Shown: one piece after another, positions 54,115-63,127 of the stretch | Layout of the letters: every line of letters begins with the position of its first letter | How positions within the stretch are numbered: position 1 is the stretch's first letter | Assembly (NCBI GenBank): GCA_004366205.1 | Contig: SIRW01000042.1 | Coordinates: 14,963 to 78,962, forward strand | Direction of reading: 5' to 3' | From: Actinomycetota bacterium | GTDB lineage: Bacteria; Actinomycetota; Acidimicrobiia; Acidimicrobiales; CADCSY01 | Length of the DNA: 64,000 bases | Translations under genes and position numbers: made by a program | Notes under the pieces: generated by a model | Databases searched by the model: none | The model's input: the letters and a program-made list of their open reading frames with translations, nothing else | Told to the model about the DNA's origin: nothing

Positions 54115-55251
54115 TCATTGCAGGTGCCCGACGACGTGGTCGATGCAGGCCGTGAGCGCCTCGACGTCGTCGGGCTCGATCGCCGGGTACAGCGCGATCC
54201 GCAGCTGGTTGCGCCCGAGCTTGCGGTAGCTGTCGGTGTCGACCACGCCGTTGGCGCGCAGCACCGCCGACACCGTGGCCGCGGGGACGGCGTCGTCGAG
54301 GTCGATCGTCGCCACCACCGTGCTGCGCTGCGCGGGGTCGGTCACGAACGGTGTCGCCCAGGCGCGCGCCTCGGCCCATCCGTACACGATCCCGGCCGAG
54401 CGCTCGCTGCGACCGGCGGCGAACTCGAGGCCGCCCCCGTCGAGCATCCACCGCAGCTGGTGGGCGAGCAGGAACAGCGTGGCCAGCGCCGGGGTGTTGT
54501 AGGTCTGGTCCTGGCGGGAGTTGTCGAGCGCGATCCCGAGATCCAGCGTGGGCGGCGTCCAGCGGTCGCGGGCGGCCCGCCGGCGCTCGATGCGCTCGAT
54601 GGCGGCCGGCGAGCACGCCGCCAGCCACAGCCCGCCGTCGCTGGCGAAGCACTTCTGCGGCGCGAAGTAGTACACGTCGACCTGGGCGGGGTCCCAGCGC
54701 AGCCCGCCCGCCGCCGAGGTGGCGTCGACGGCGACGAGCCCGTCGAGCCCGTCGGGCCGGCGCAGGGTCATCATGACCCCGGTCGAGGTCTCGTTGTGGG
54801 TGAGCGCGTACAGGTCCACGCCGGCGGCGCCGGCCTCGAGCGGCGGGTGGGTGCCGGGATCGGCCTCGACCACCACGGGCTCGTCGAGGTGGGGAGCGGC
54901 AGCCGCCACCGCCGCGAACTTGCCCGAGAACTCGCCGAACACCAGGTGCTGGCTGCGGCGCTCGACCAGGCCGAACACCGCGGCGTCCCAGAACGAGGTG
55001 GCGCCACCGTTGCCGAGCAGCACCTCCCAGCCTTCGGGGAGCCCGAACAGCTCGGCGAGCCCGGCCCGGATCCGGGCCACGAGCTCTCGCACGGGGGCCT
55101 GGCGGTGGCTCGTGCCCAGCAGCGACCCGCCGGCCTGGGCCAGAGCGGCGACGGCCTCGGGCCGAACCTTCGAGGGGCCACTGCCGAACCGGCCGTCGGC
55201 GGGCAGCAGGTCGGGCGGTATGCGGATGTCAGGTGTCGCCACGCGTGCCAC
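54115..55251 (-). CDS. serC: phosphoserine aminotransferase (actinobacterial type)
   Basis: Sequence: [14 protein letters not shown]...SHRQAPV...[10 protein letters not shown]...[16 protein letters not shown]...YNTPA. GTG 55242 is an alternative start. Confidence 0.88.
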   Translation of the reverse strand: MARVATPDIRIPPDLLPADGRFGSGPSKVRPEAVAALAQAGGSLLGTSHRQAPVRELVARIRAGLAELFGLPEGWEVLLGNGGATSFWDAAVFGLVERRSQHLVFGEFSGKFAAVAAAAPHLDEPVVVEADPGTHPPLEAGAAGVDLYALTHNETSTGVMMTLRRPDGLDGLVAVDATSAAGGLRWDPAQVDVYYFAPQKCFASDGGLWLAACSPAAIERIERRRAARDRWTPPTLDLGIALDNSRQDQTYNTPALATLFLLAHQLRWMLDGGGLEFAAGRSERSAGIVYGWAEARAWATPFVTDPAQRSTVVATIDLDDAVPAATVSAVLRANGVVDTDSYRKLGRNQLRIALYPAIEPDDVEALTACIDHVVGHLQ

Positions 55252-55307
55252 TATCGCGGGCGCTCCCCCGTCGGGCGAATCCGTCCCTCCACGTGCGCGA
55301 GGTCCCC

Positions 55308-56507
55308 ATGAACCGCATCTCCCAGCGCATCGCCGCCATCGCCGAGTCCGCCACGCTGGCGGTCGACGCCAAGGCCAAGGCCATGAAGGCGGCGGGTGAG
55401 GACGTGGTGTCCTTCGGGGCGGGTGAGCCCGACTTCCCCACGCCCGAGCACGTCGTGGAGGCCGCGGTCGAGGCCTGCCGGGACCCTCGCAACCACCGCT
55501 ACAGCCCGGTCGCCGGCCTGCCCGAGCTGCGGGAGGCGGTGGCGGCCAAGACGGCGCGCGACTCGGGGCTGCGGTGCGAGGCCGCCCAGGTGCTGATCAC
55601 CGCCGGCGGCAAGCACGCCGTGTACCAGGCCTTCGCCACGCTCCTCGATCCCGGCGACGAGGTGCTGCTGCCGGCGCCGTGGTGGACGACCTACCCCGAG
55701 GCGATCGCTTTGACCGGCGCGACCACCGTCGAGGTGCCCACCGACGAGACCACCGGCTACAAGGTCACGGTCGACCAGCTCGACGAGCGCGCCACCGAGC
55801 GCACCAAGGCGCTGGTGTTCGTGTCGCCGTCGAACCCCACCGGCGCCGTGTACGACCGCGACCAAATCGAGGCGATCGGCCACTGGGCCGTCGAGCGGGG
55901 CATCTGGGTGATCACCGACGAGATCTACGAGCACCTGACCTACGGCGAGCACCGCTTCCACTCCATGCCCGTGCTCGTGCCCGAGCTCGCGGATCGCTGC
56001 GTCGTGCTGAACGGGGTCGCCAAGACCTACGCCATGACGGGCTGGCGGGTCGGCTGGATGATCGGGCCCCTCGACGTCATCAAGGCCGCCACCAACCTGC
56101 AGAGCCAGTCGACCTCCAACATCGCCAACGTGAGCCAGCGGGCCGCCCTGGCGGCGGTGTCGGGCGACCTGGACGCCGTGGCCGCCATGCGCGCCGCGTT
56201 CGACCGGCGCCGGCTGCGCATCCACGAGGCCCTCAACGACGTGCCGGGCGTGACCTGCCCCGAACCCGAGGGTGCCTTCTACGCCTTCCCCTCCTTCCAG
56301 GGTGCGCTCGACCGCGACATCCGCGGCGTGCGCCCCCGCACCACCCTCGAGCTGGCCGAGGTGATCCTCGACGAGGCCAAGGTCGCCGTCGTGCCCGGCG
56401 AGGCCTTCGGGGCGCCCGGCTACGCCCGGCTCTCCTTCGCCCTCGGTGACGACGAGCTCGCCGAGGGGGTCGCCCGCATCGCCAAGCTGCTCGCCGAGTC
56501 CGGCTGA
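55308..56507 (+). CDS. pyridoxal-phosphate-dependent aminotransferase (aspartate aminotransferase class I)
   Basis: Sequence: [72 protein letters not shown] (PLP-Lys), ARLSF. Confidence 0.9.
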   Translation: MNRISQRIAAIAESATLAVDAKAKAMKAAGEDVVSFGAGEPDFPTPEHVVEAAVEACRDPRNHRYSPVAGLPELREAVAAKTARDSGLRCEAAQVLITAGGKHAVYQAFATLLDPGDEVLLPAPWWTTYPEAIALTGATTVEVPTDETTGYKVTVDQLDERATERTKALVFVSPSNPTGAVYDRDQIEAIGHWAVERGIWVITDEIYEHLTYGEHRFHSMPVLVPELADRCVVLNGVAKTYAMTGWRVGWMIGPLDVIKAATNLQSQSTSNIANVSQRAALAAVSGDLDAVAAMRAAFDRRRLRIHEALNDVPGVTCPEPEGAFYAFPSFQGALDRDIRGVRPRTTLELAEVILDEAKVAVVPGEAFGAPGYARLSFALGDDELAEGVARIAKLLAESG

Positions 56508-56592
56508 CGTGGTGGAGGTTCCCCTCCCCGGGACCCTCGAGCACCACCCGCCAGGCCGCCACCGAACGCTGACCGGGCCGCCCGAGCGAGGT

Positions 56593-56610
56593 GTTATCGA
56601 ATGCGATAAC
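56593..56610. promoter_or_regulatory. AT-rich perfect palindrome GTTATCG-AATG-CGATAAC, a candidate operator of the XRE regulator that overlaps a -10-like TAACCT
   Basis: 7-bp arms and a 4-nt spacer. This is the most AT-rich 18 nt in this part of the window. TAACCT (56607-56612) lies 8 nt upstream of GTG 56621. Confidence 0.5.
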
Positions 56611-56620
56611 CTCAGCGGGC

Positions 56621-56941
56621 GTGGATGACGTGGCCGAGCTGCTGCGGACCGTCCGGCGGGCGGCCGGGCTGACCCAGCGGGACCTCGCGGCGCGAGCAGG
56701 GACGTCGGCGGCGGCCGTGTGCCAGTACGAGCGGAGCGAGCGGATCCCCCGGGTCGACACGCTCCGACGGCTGCTGGCCGCAGCGGGGGCCGAGCTGCGG
56801 CTCGAGGTCGACGCGGGGGCGGGCGTCGACGTCGAGGCGAACGCCCGGACCCTCGAGCAGCTGCTGGATCTCACCGACCACCTGCCCCGGCGCAGCGACG
56901 AGGACCTGCGGTGCCCGGTGTTCCGGGACCTGGCCGCGTGA
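56621..56941 (+). CDS. XRE (Cro/CI) family HTH protein, putative antitoxin/regulator
   Basis: HTH: LLRTVRRAAGLTQRDLAARAGTSAAAVCQYERSERIPRVDTLRRLLAAAG. The track start is GTG 56591. I prefer GTG 56621 so that the palindrome is upstream. The stop overlaps the next start (GTGA). Confidence 0.75.
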   Translation: MDDVAELLRTVRRAAGLTQRDLAARAGTSAAAVCQYERSERIPRVDTLRRLLAAAGAELRLEVDAGAGVDVEANARTLEQLLDLTDHLPRRSDEDLRCPVFRDLAA

Positions 56942-57510
56942 ACCGGGACGGCCTGACCGCCCGCATCGTCGGCCTGCACCGGGCGCTCGAGCGCGCCGGC
57001 CTGCCACACGCGTTCGGGGGCGCGCTGGCCCTGGCCTTCTGCACGCAGGAACCCCGGGCCACCAAGGACATCGACGTGAACGTCTTCGCGGGCATGAGCA
57101 GGGTGGGCGCCGTGCTCGAGGCCCTGCCGCCCGAGGTCCGGGTCACGGATGCAGCCCGTCGCCAACTGGAGCGCGACGGCCAGGCCCGGCTGTGGTGGGA
57201 GGACACCCCGGTCGACGTGTTCCTCTCCAACCACCCGTTCCACGGCGTCGCCGAAGCGAACCGGCGCACCGTCCCCTTCGCCGGTGTGCCCGATCTGCCG
57301 GTCCTCGCCTGCGCCGACCTCGCCGTGTTCAAGGCTTTCTTCGCCCGACCCCGGGACGTGGTGGACCTGGCCACCATGGCGGTGGCCGGGACCATCGACC
57401 TCGAGGAGCTGGAGGGCACCGTGACCCGCCTCCTCGCCGACGCCGAGGATCGCGCCGAGCTGTTCCGGCGGGTCCGGTCGACCGCCGCCGAGCTGCGCGC
57501 CGCGCCGTAG
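56938..57510 (+). CDS. minimal nucleotidyltransferase-fold protein (Pol-beta superfamily), putative toxin partner
   Basis: GTG 56938. Sequence: FGGALALAFCTQEPRATKDIDVNVF, which matches the hG[GS]x9-13DxD NTase motif. A further acidic strand, TPVDVFL, follows. 190 aa. 4-nt overlap with the XRE gene. Confidence 0.6.
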   Translation: MNRDGLTARIVGLHRALERAGLPHAFGGALALAFCTQEPRATKDIDVNVFAGMSRVGAVLEALPPEVRVTDAARRQLERDGQARLWWEDTPVDVFLSNHPFHGVAEANRRTVPFAGVPDLPVLACADLAVFKAFFARPRDVVDLATMAVAGTIDLEELEGTVTRLLADAEDRAELFRRVRSTAAELRAAP

Positions 57511-57591
57511 GGCCACAGCTCCGCACCGGTCCGTGCCGTCGTGCCGGCTGCCGCCCCCGATCCGCTCGGCGACCGGCCGCCGTTCGCACGT

Positions 57592-57614
57592 TTCCCGGGC
57601 GCGGGGCCCGGGAA
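57592..57614 (+). promoter_or_regulatory. 9-bp GC hairpin between the NTase gene and the next operon. Its 3' arm overlaps the SD-like GGGAAGGGA upstream of GTG 57626.
   Basis: TTCCCGGGC-gcggg-GCCCGGGAA. It could terminate the XRE-NTase transcript or occlude the downstream ribosome-binding site. Confidence 0.3.
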
Positions 57615-57625
57615 GGGACCCAGAC

Positions 57626-57904
57626 GTGGAGATCATCGTCGTCGTCCTGCTGCTCGTCACCGTTGTCGCCGTCGTGGCGGTCGGGGCGCTCCGCGGGCGG
57701 GGGCAGGAGCAGCCGCGCACGACGGCCCGCGACCACCCCGCCGAGCCCGCGACCGCCGCGAGCGGCGCCGAGGCCGACTCGGCCGGTGAGCCGGGCGATG
57801 CGACGCTCGCCGACCCCACCGGCGGCGGCGCCGAGCGCCCCGCCGCCGCGGCACCGAGCGAGATGAAGACCGATCGACCCGTCGACGCCCGTGAGGAGCG
57901 CTGA
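57626..57904 (+). CDS. small single-pass membrane protein with a disordered acidic/Pro-Ala tail
   Basis: Sequence: VEIIVVVLLLVTVVAVVAVGALRGRG..., 92 aa. First gene of a tightly packed operon. Confidence 0.4.
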   Translation: MEIIVVVLLLVTVVAVVAVGALRGRGQEQPRTTARDHPAEPATAASGAEADSAGEPGDATLADPTGGGAERPAAAAPSEMKTDRPVDAREER

Positions 57905-57907
57905 GCC

Positions 57908-58108
57908 GTGCGCATCCTGCTCCTCGTCCTCGCCGTGGCCGGTGTCATCGCCGTGCTCGCGCTGCGCGCCTGGTGGACCGGCCGCACCACCCACCGCTCG
58001 CCCCAGGTGATGCAGGCCGAGGCCGAGCCCACGCCCCCGCCCGTGCCCGACGAGGACCACGCGCCGCCCGGGTCCCGACCCGACCGGGAGCGGCACGGCA
58101 AGCCCTGA
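57908..58108 (+). CDS. small single-pass membrane protein (same architecture as the preceding gene)
   Basis: Sequence: MRILLLVLAVAGVIAVLALRAWWTGR..., 66 aa. 3-nt gaps to both neighbours. Confidence 0.4.
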   Translation: MRILLLVLAVAGVIAVLALRAWWTGRTTHRSPQVMQAEAEPTPPPVPDEDHAPPGSRPDRERHGKP

Positions 58109-58111
58109 TCC

Positions 58112-58888
58112 ATGCCCCTCCTCGAGCGGCCCGAGACCCACCCGACCAGCGCCGGCCGGGTGCGCGGGCGACGCTGGGAGCCCCGCACGGCGAAGCCGGG
58201 CGAGCCCACCGTGGTGCTGCTCCACGGCCTGAACCTCTCGAGCGACGCCGTGGCGCCGACCGGGCGCCTCCTCGGCGTGCACCTCGTCACCCTCGCGCCC
58301 GACCTGCCCGGCTTCGGGCGCAGCCGGCACGACGAGATCCTCACGATCCCCGAGCTCGGCACCCACGCAGCCGAGTGGATCGAGGCCACCGGCCGGGCCC
58401 CGGTGTGCCTCGCCGGCACGTCGGCCGGCGCCCAGGTCGCCATCGAGGTGGCGCTGCAACGCCCCGACCTCGTCGCCCGGCTCGCCCTGGTCTCGCCCAC
58501 CGTCGACCCCGCCGCCCGCTCGGTGCCCCGCCAGCTCGCCCGCTGGGCCCGCGAGGCCCGGCTGCAGTCCCCGGGCCTTCGCCGGGTGATCCGCACCGGG
58601 TTCCGGCGCGCCGGCCTCCGCCGCGACCTGCGCACGTTCCTGTACGCCCTCGCCGACCGACCGGAAGAGAAGCTGCCCCACCTCGCCGTGCCGGCTCTGG
58701 TCGTGCAGGGCGAGCTCGACCCGATCATCTCGCCGGCCTGGGCCGAGCAGGTCACCGCGCTCCTGCCCGACGCCCGGCTCGAGCAGGTGCCCGAGGGCCC
58801 TCACGCCCTCGACCACGACGCCCCCGGCGCCCTGAGCGAGCTGCTGCTCGCCTTTGCCCGAACATCCAGCCACCAGCGAGAGGAATGA
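58112..58888 (+). CDS. alpha/beta hydrolase
   Basis: Sequence: VVLLHGLNLSS, LPGFGRS, nucleophile elbow LAGTSAGAQVA, VQGELDPII (Asp), EGPHAL (His). Confidence 0.8.
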   Translation: MPLLERPETHPTSAGRVRGRRWEPRTAKPGEPTVVLLHGLNLSSDAVAPTGRLLGVHLVTLAPDLPGFGRSRHDEILTIPELGTHAAEWIEATGRAPVCLAGTSAGAQVAIEVALQRPDLVARLALVSPTVDPAARSVPRQLARWAREARLQSPGLRRVIRTGFRRAGLRRDLRTFLYALADRPEEKLPHLAVPALVVQGELDPIISPAWAEQVTALLPDARLEQVPEGPHALDHDAPGALSELLLAFARTSSHQREE

Positions 58889-60288
58889 GCGTGAAACCGC
58901 CCGACTACATCGCCAACTTCGACTCCGCCACCGCCATGCTGCGGGCCACCGCCTCCTACCTCCACGGCCGGGACTTCCCGGCCCTCGGGCTCAGCCCGCT
59001 GCTGAAGCCCTTCGCCGCCCGGGCGAACCTGCTCCCGCGCCCCCTGCGGCGGCAGCTCTACATCTTCAGCGGCTGGAACGAGTCGCTGAAGCCCAACAAG
59101 ATCGACGACGTCGACGCCGAGGAGATGGCCCGGTGGGCGGTCTCGGAGTACCCCGACCGGTCGTACCCCGCCATGGCCATCGGCTCGTCGTCGGGGGCCG
59201 CCGTGCACCTGTACGCCGCCATGGGCATCCCGTGGTTGCCGCAGACCATGCTCGTCCCGGTTCGCCAGGCCGTGGACCCCGACAAGCCCAAGGACGCCCT
59301 GGCGGTGGGCAAGGGGATCGGCCGCCGCCTGCTCGCCAACAACCCGGACCTGCAGCTGCACCACATGCACGACGCCAACCAGGACCGGTTGATGGTGCGC
59401 AAGATGACGTACTTCCGGGTGAAGCGCCGGCGCCTGGGCGAGGCCTACCGGCGGTTCATCGAGCGGTGCCTGCCCCCCGGGGGCACCCTGTTCGTCATGG
59501 ACTGCCGCAGCAACTGGCGCACCACGCGGGTGGGCGACCGCCACGTGTTCCAGCACGGCGCCATCGGCGGCGCCACCGAGGAGGAGTTCCACGAGGGCAG
59601 CCCGCGGGTGCGGGCGCTGCTCGACCGGGTCGACGCCCCGGTGCGCGAGTGGGACGAGCCCGAGCCCGACACCACCAGCCCCGAGGCCGAGTGGGGGTAC
59701 GAGCCCGCCCTCGACGAGGACCTGGCCGAGCTGGCCGAGCGCCGGCGCTACAAGGTTCGCCGCATCGTCTTTGACGAGGCCGACTCGCTCAGCCCGCTCG
59801 TCGCCGACCTGTACCGCTGGTGGTACCGCCAGCGCGGGATCCCCGGCGACCGCCTGCTCATCGAGTCGTTCGTCGTGATGGAGCCCTGGTGGGCGCTGCG
59901 GACAGGCTCGGTGCCGTTCTGGATGACGTTCAACATGCGGCCCGACCTGCAGGCCGTGCACCGCTACCTCGACCGCAGCGAGCCGTACGAGCACATCCAC
60001 CTGATGCTCTTCAACCACGGCGCCGACGCCGTCGGCCTGCCGGAGCCGGGCGAGTGGCGGAGCATCCTGCGCCGGGCCCGGACCGAAGGCACCTTCATCG
60101 GCGCCGACCCGCCCGAGTTCCCCATGGACTACGCCCAGTTCTCGAGGTACCACACCGAGGTGCAGAAGCTGCCCGGCCGCTACCCGATGCCCCAACCCCT
60201 CGGCTTCGACGAGCTGGACGCCTTCTTGGACCAGGCCGGCGAGTACGAGGGCGTGCAGGTCACCGACGGGTTGCGTGAAGCCGCCTGA
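58885..60288 (+). CDS. conserved-looking hypothetical protein (467 aa) with a possible GxSxG serine-hydrolase elbow
   Basis: ATG 58885 overlaps the upstream stop (ATGA). Composition is balanced and rich in W, Y, F, M, K and N, unlike the shadow ORFs. YPAMAIGSSSGAAVHLYAAMG resembles a nucleophile elbow followed by a helix. I recognise no family. Confidence 0.6.
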   Translation: MSVKPPDYIANFDSATAMLRATASYLHGRDFPALGLSPLLKPFAARANLLPRPLRRQLYIFSGWNESLKPNKIDDVDAEEMARWAVSEYPDRSYPAMAIGSSSGAAVHLYAAMGIPWLPQTMLVPVRQAVDPDKPKDALAVGKGIGRRLLANNPDLQLHHMHDANQDRLMVRKMTYFRVKRRRLGEAYRRFIERCLPPGGTLFVMDCRSNWRTTRVGDRHVFQHGAIGGATEEEFHEGSPRVRALLDRVDAPVREWDEPEPDTTSPEAEWGYEPALDEDLAELAERRRYKVRRIVFDEADSLSPLVADLYRWWYRQRGIPGDRLLIESFVVMEPWWALRTGSVPFWMTFNMRPDLQAVHRYLDRSEPYEHIHLMLFNHGADAVGLPEPGEWRSILRRARTEGTFIGADPPEFPMDYAQFSRYHTEVQKLPGRYPMPQPLGFDELDAFLDQAGEYEGVQVTDGLREAA

Positions 60289-60321
60289 CGGCGCCGGGGT
60301 GGCCCCTCGGCATCCGCGGCG

Positions 60322-61923
60322 ATGAGCGGGGCCACGCCGGCTGCACCGGTTCGGGCGCCCCACGCCCGGGTGCCGACGCCGCGGGCGCTGGCGCCGTTCG
60401 CCGCCCTGGCCGGCGTGGTGACCCTGGCCGGGGCCGCCGGGGTGCTGCCCCGGTGGCCCGGCCTCGTGCACGCCGTCGGGCTCCCGCCGCTGGACCTCTA
60501 CGCCGACCTGCGGGTGCTGCTGGTGCACGCCACCTCGCCGCTGTGGTTCGCGCTCGGTGCCGTGGCGTCGCTCGCCGTGCGGGTCACGGTGCTCGCCCTG
60601 GTGCTCGCCGCCGCGGGTGCCGGCCGGGCGGTGCGGCTGGCCGCCACGTTCTACGGCGCCGCCCTGGTCCCGGCGTTCGTGGCCGCCTGGCTGGCGTGGG
60701 GGAGCGCCGCCACCCTGTTCTACGCGCTGGTGTGGGCGGGCCTGCTCGCCGCCCTCCTGCTCGTCGCCCTGACCGGCGCGTGGCCGTGGGCCGCGGTGGC
60801 CGGTGCCGGCCGGCCCTGGCGGAGCGCCGCCCGGGCCGGGTTCCGGCTGGGCACCATCGGCGCGTACCTGGCGGCCCTCGGCGTCCTCGGCGCCCTGGCC
60901 GACTGGGGTGGGGGGGCGGCGGCCGTTGCGCTCGTTCCCCTGTCGGGCGTGCTGACCGTCGCCGCGGTGTGGCTGCTGCTGGAGCCCGACCGGCTGCGGC
61001 TCCCCCGGCGGATCGCCGCCGGGCTGGTGGCCGCCGCCCTGGCCGGTGCCGTCGTGGTCGTGATGACCGGCCCGGCGGCTCCGACGCCGGTGGGCGAGGA
61101 CGGCGCCGAGGCCGCGCCGGCACGGGAGGGGTCGCTGCTGCTCATGTCGGGCGTCGACTCGCGCACCGGCCGGGGCGCCATCTTCGAGGTCGACCCCCGC
61201 CGGCTCGGCTACGAGTGCGACCAGACCCACTACTACTCATACCGGGGACCGGGTGAGGGCGGACCGCAGGGCGACGCCTTCTGCCCGGTGCGCACCGGCG
61301 CCCCCTACGGACCCGACGACACCTACCGGTCGCGCGACGAGCTGGTGCCATGGTTCGTCGAGCAGGTCCGGGCGCTCGAGCCGCCGGTGACCGTGCTGGC
61401 CCACTCGCAGGCCGTCTGGGTCGCCTGGGAGGCGCTGCAGGACGGCGCCCACGGGGTCGAGCACCTCGTGCTGGTGGGCCCGTTCACCACTCACCACGCG
61501 CCGTTCCCCGTACCCGGCGAGCGGGGGCCCGGTGCTGCCGGCGCCATGCTCATGTGGATCCCCGAGGCCGTGCCCCGGCCCGGCGGGACGACCTCGTTCG
61601 ACGCCGAGGCCCCGCTGGCCCGGGAGTACCTCGGCCACCCCGACCGGGTGGACGAGCTGATGGCCCGGCCCGTCGCCCCGGGCGTGCGGGCGCTGGCCGT
61701 CCCCAGCCTGTTCGACCTGCCGCTGCTGCCCGACAGCGCGCACATCGACCACGCCGAGAGGGCCTGCCCGGTGCCGGTGGTCCACCCCAACCTCCCGTAC
61801 GCCGACGAGCTCGCCGAGGCGGTCGTCCGCTTCCTGGAGGGCGAGCCCGCGGCCCGCTGTCCGCTGGGGCGCCGTCCGGTGGGCTCGCTGCTACGACCCT
61901 GGGCCACCCCGCCCCACCGCTGA
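60322..61923 (+). CDS. membrane protein: N-terminal polytopic domain fused to a C-terminal lipase/PGAP1-like alpha/beta-hydrolase-like domain
   Basis: About 7 hydrophobic helices over residues 20-260. The soluble domain has SLLLMSGVDS...VTVLAHSQAVWVAWEAL (AxSxA elbow) and HIDHAE near the C-terminus. Confidence 0.6.
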   Translation: MSGATPAAPVRAPHARVPTPRALAPFAALAGVVTLAGAAGVLPRWPGLVHAVGLPPLDLYADLRVLLVHATSPLWFALGAVASLAVRVTVLALVLAAAGAGRAVRLAATFYGAALVPAFVAAWLAWGSAATLFYALVWAGLLAALLLVALTGAWPWAAVAGAGRPWRSAARAGFRLGTIGAYLAALGVLGALADWGGGAAAVALVPLSGVLTVAAVWLLLEPDRLRLPRRIAAGLVAAALAGAVVVVMTGPAAPTPVGEDGAEAAPAREGSLLLMSGVDSRTGRGAIFEVDPRRLGYECDQTHYYSYRGPGEGGPQGDAFCPVRTGAPYGPDDTYRSRDELVPWFVEQVRALEPPVTVLAHSQAVWVAWEALQDGAHGVEHLVLVGPFTTHHAPFPVPGERGPGAAGAMLMWIPEAVPRPGGTTSFDAEAPLAREYLGHPDRVDELMARPVAPGVRALAVPSLFDLPLLPDSAHIDHAERACPVPVVHPNLPYADELAEAVVRFLEGEPAARCPLGRRPVGSLLRPWATPPHR

Positions 61924-61927
61924 TGCG

Positions 61928-61956
61928 CCCGGCGGGCGCGCCGCCGGCCCGCCGGG
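61928..61956. terminator. 10-bp perfect GC hairpin between convergent genes
   Basis: CCCGGCGGGC-gcgccgccg-GCCCGCCGGG. No U-tract. Confidence 0.4.
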
Positions 61957-61957
61957 G

Positions 61958-62338
61958 TCAGGCCGAGGTTGGGGCGCGGTCGCGCCGGACGGCCACGAAC
62001 GAGCGGATCGCCAGCACGAGGTAGACGGCGAGGGCGACGGCCATGATCGACTGCACGGCGACGGCCCACGGACGCTCGAGGTCCTCGCCGGCCAGCAGGT
62101 CGGGCAGGTCCACCAGCCCCATGACGCTGCCCAGGAAGCCGACGAGGGCGATGACCACGGCGATGTGCATCGTGAGGGCGCGGCGCGCCTCGCTCCGCCC
62201 GACCAGGCCGAGCACGAGCAGGATGGCGCCGATGGCGCTGGGGATCAGCGCCGTCGGGCTCTCCGCGCCCGAGCCCACGTAGCCCACGACGCCGAGCGCC
62301 AGCAACCCCGCCCCGAACCAGATCGTCACCTTGGCCAT
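61958..62338 (-). CDS. small 4-TM membrane protein, function unknown
   Basis: Start at ATG 62338. Sequence: MAKVTIWFGAGLLALGVVGYVGSG... Confidence 0.55.
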   Translation of the reverse strand: MAKVTIWFGAGLLALGVVGYVGSGAESPTALIPSAIGAILLVLGLVGRSEARRALTMHIAVVIALVGFLGSVMGLVDLPDLLAGEDLERPWAVAVQSIMAVALAVYLVLAIRSFVAVRRDRAPTSA

Positions 62339-62385
62339 GACGTCCACCCTACGAGCCGGCCGCCCGCCAGTTGAACTCGGCCGGC

Positions 62386-63060
62386 CTACTCCTCGATGGG
62401 GTGGTCCGCGGGACGGAACGGCCCGAACGTGAAGGCGGTCAACGCCGCGTCGGGGTCGCCGTCCCACCGCAGCGCCCGGAGCTGGTCGAGGCTGCGGCGG
62501 CCGGCCGCGGCCCGCATGATCTCGAAGGCGTCGCCCCGGAGCGTCACCGCCGGCTCGTCAGGTCCCCACGCCCGGCCGCCGTCGAGCTCGACGCGCAGGG
62601 CGACGCCCTCGGCCTGCGCCGACCGCGTCAGGGCTTCGGCCACGAACGCCACACCGATGCCCACGGCGTCGGAGTCGCGGGCGCCCGGGCGCCCGAGCGC
62701 GCCGCGCACGTCGTGCTCGTGGGTGACCGCGTCGAAGACCGCCTGGTGACCGGATCGGCCGGCGCTGTCGAGCAGGCCCGCGAAGGTGGCGGCCCCCGCC
62801 CGCCACGCCTCCAGGAGCTCGGCCAGGGACCGGTCGCGCCCGGCCTCCACCTGGGCCGCGGTCCACGCCTCGGTGGCGATGCCCTCGACCCGCCCGGCCG
62901 CCATGTCCTCGACCACCCCCGCGAGGTGCGCCACCACGTCGTGCACGGTCCAGCCCGGGCAGGCGGGGACCGCGATGGCGGCCGCCTCGGCGCCGAGCCC
63001 GGCGGTGAGCTCGGTGATCCGGGCGCGGCACCCCTCGTAGGCTGCACCGACCTCGCCCAT
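62386..63060 (-). CDS. maleylpyruvate isomerase-family mycothiol-dependent enzyme (DinB/MDMPI N-terminal domain, TIGR03083-like)
   Basis: Sequence: RITELTAGLGAEAAAIAVPACPGWTVHDVVAHLAGV...AWTAAQVEAGRDRSLAELLEAW...THEHDVRGALG. Confidence 0.75.
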   Translation of the reverse strand: MGEVGAAYEGCRARITELTAGLGAEAAAIAVPACPGWTVHDVVAHLAGVVEDMAAGRVEGIATEAWTAAQVEAGRDRSLAELLEAWRAGAATFAGLLDSAGRSGHQAVFDAVTHEHDVRGALGRPGARDSDAVGIGVAFVAEALTRSAQAEGVALRVELDGGRAWGPDEPAVTLRGDAFEIMRAAAGRRSLDQLRALRWDGDPDAALTAFTFGPFRPADHPIEE

Positions 63061-63127
63061 GGGTCGAGCCTACGCGCTGCCGGGCCGGGCCGCCCCGGGC
63101 CCCGCCCGGGGTGCTAGGAACGAGGGG

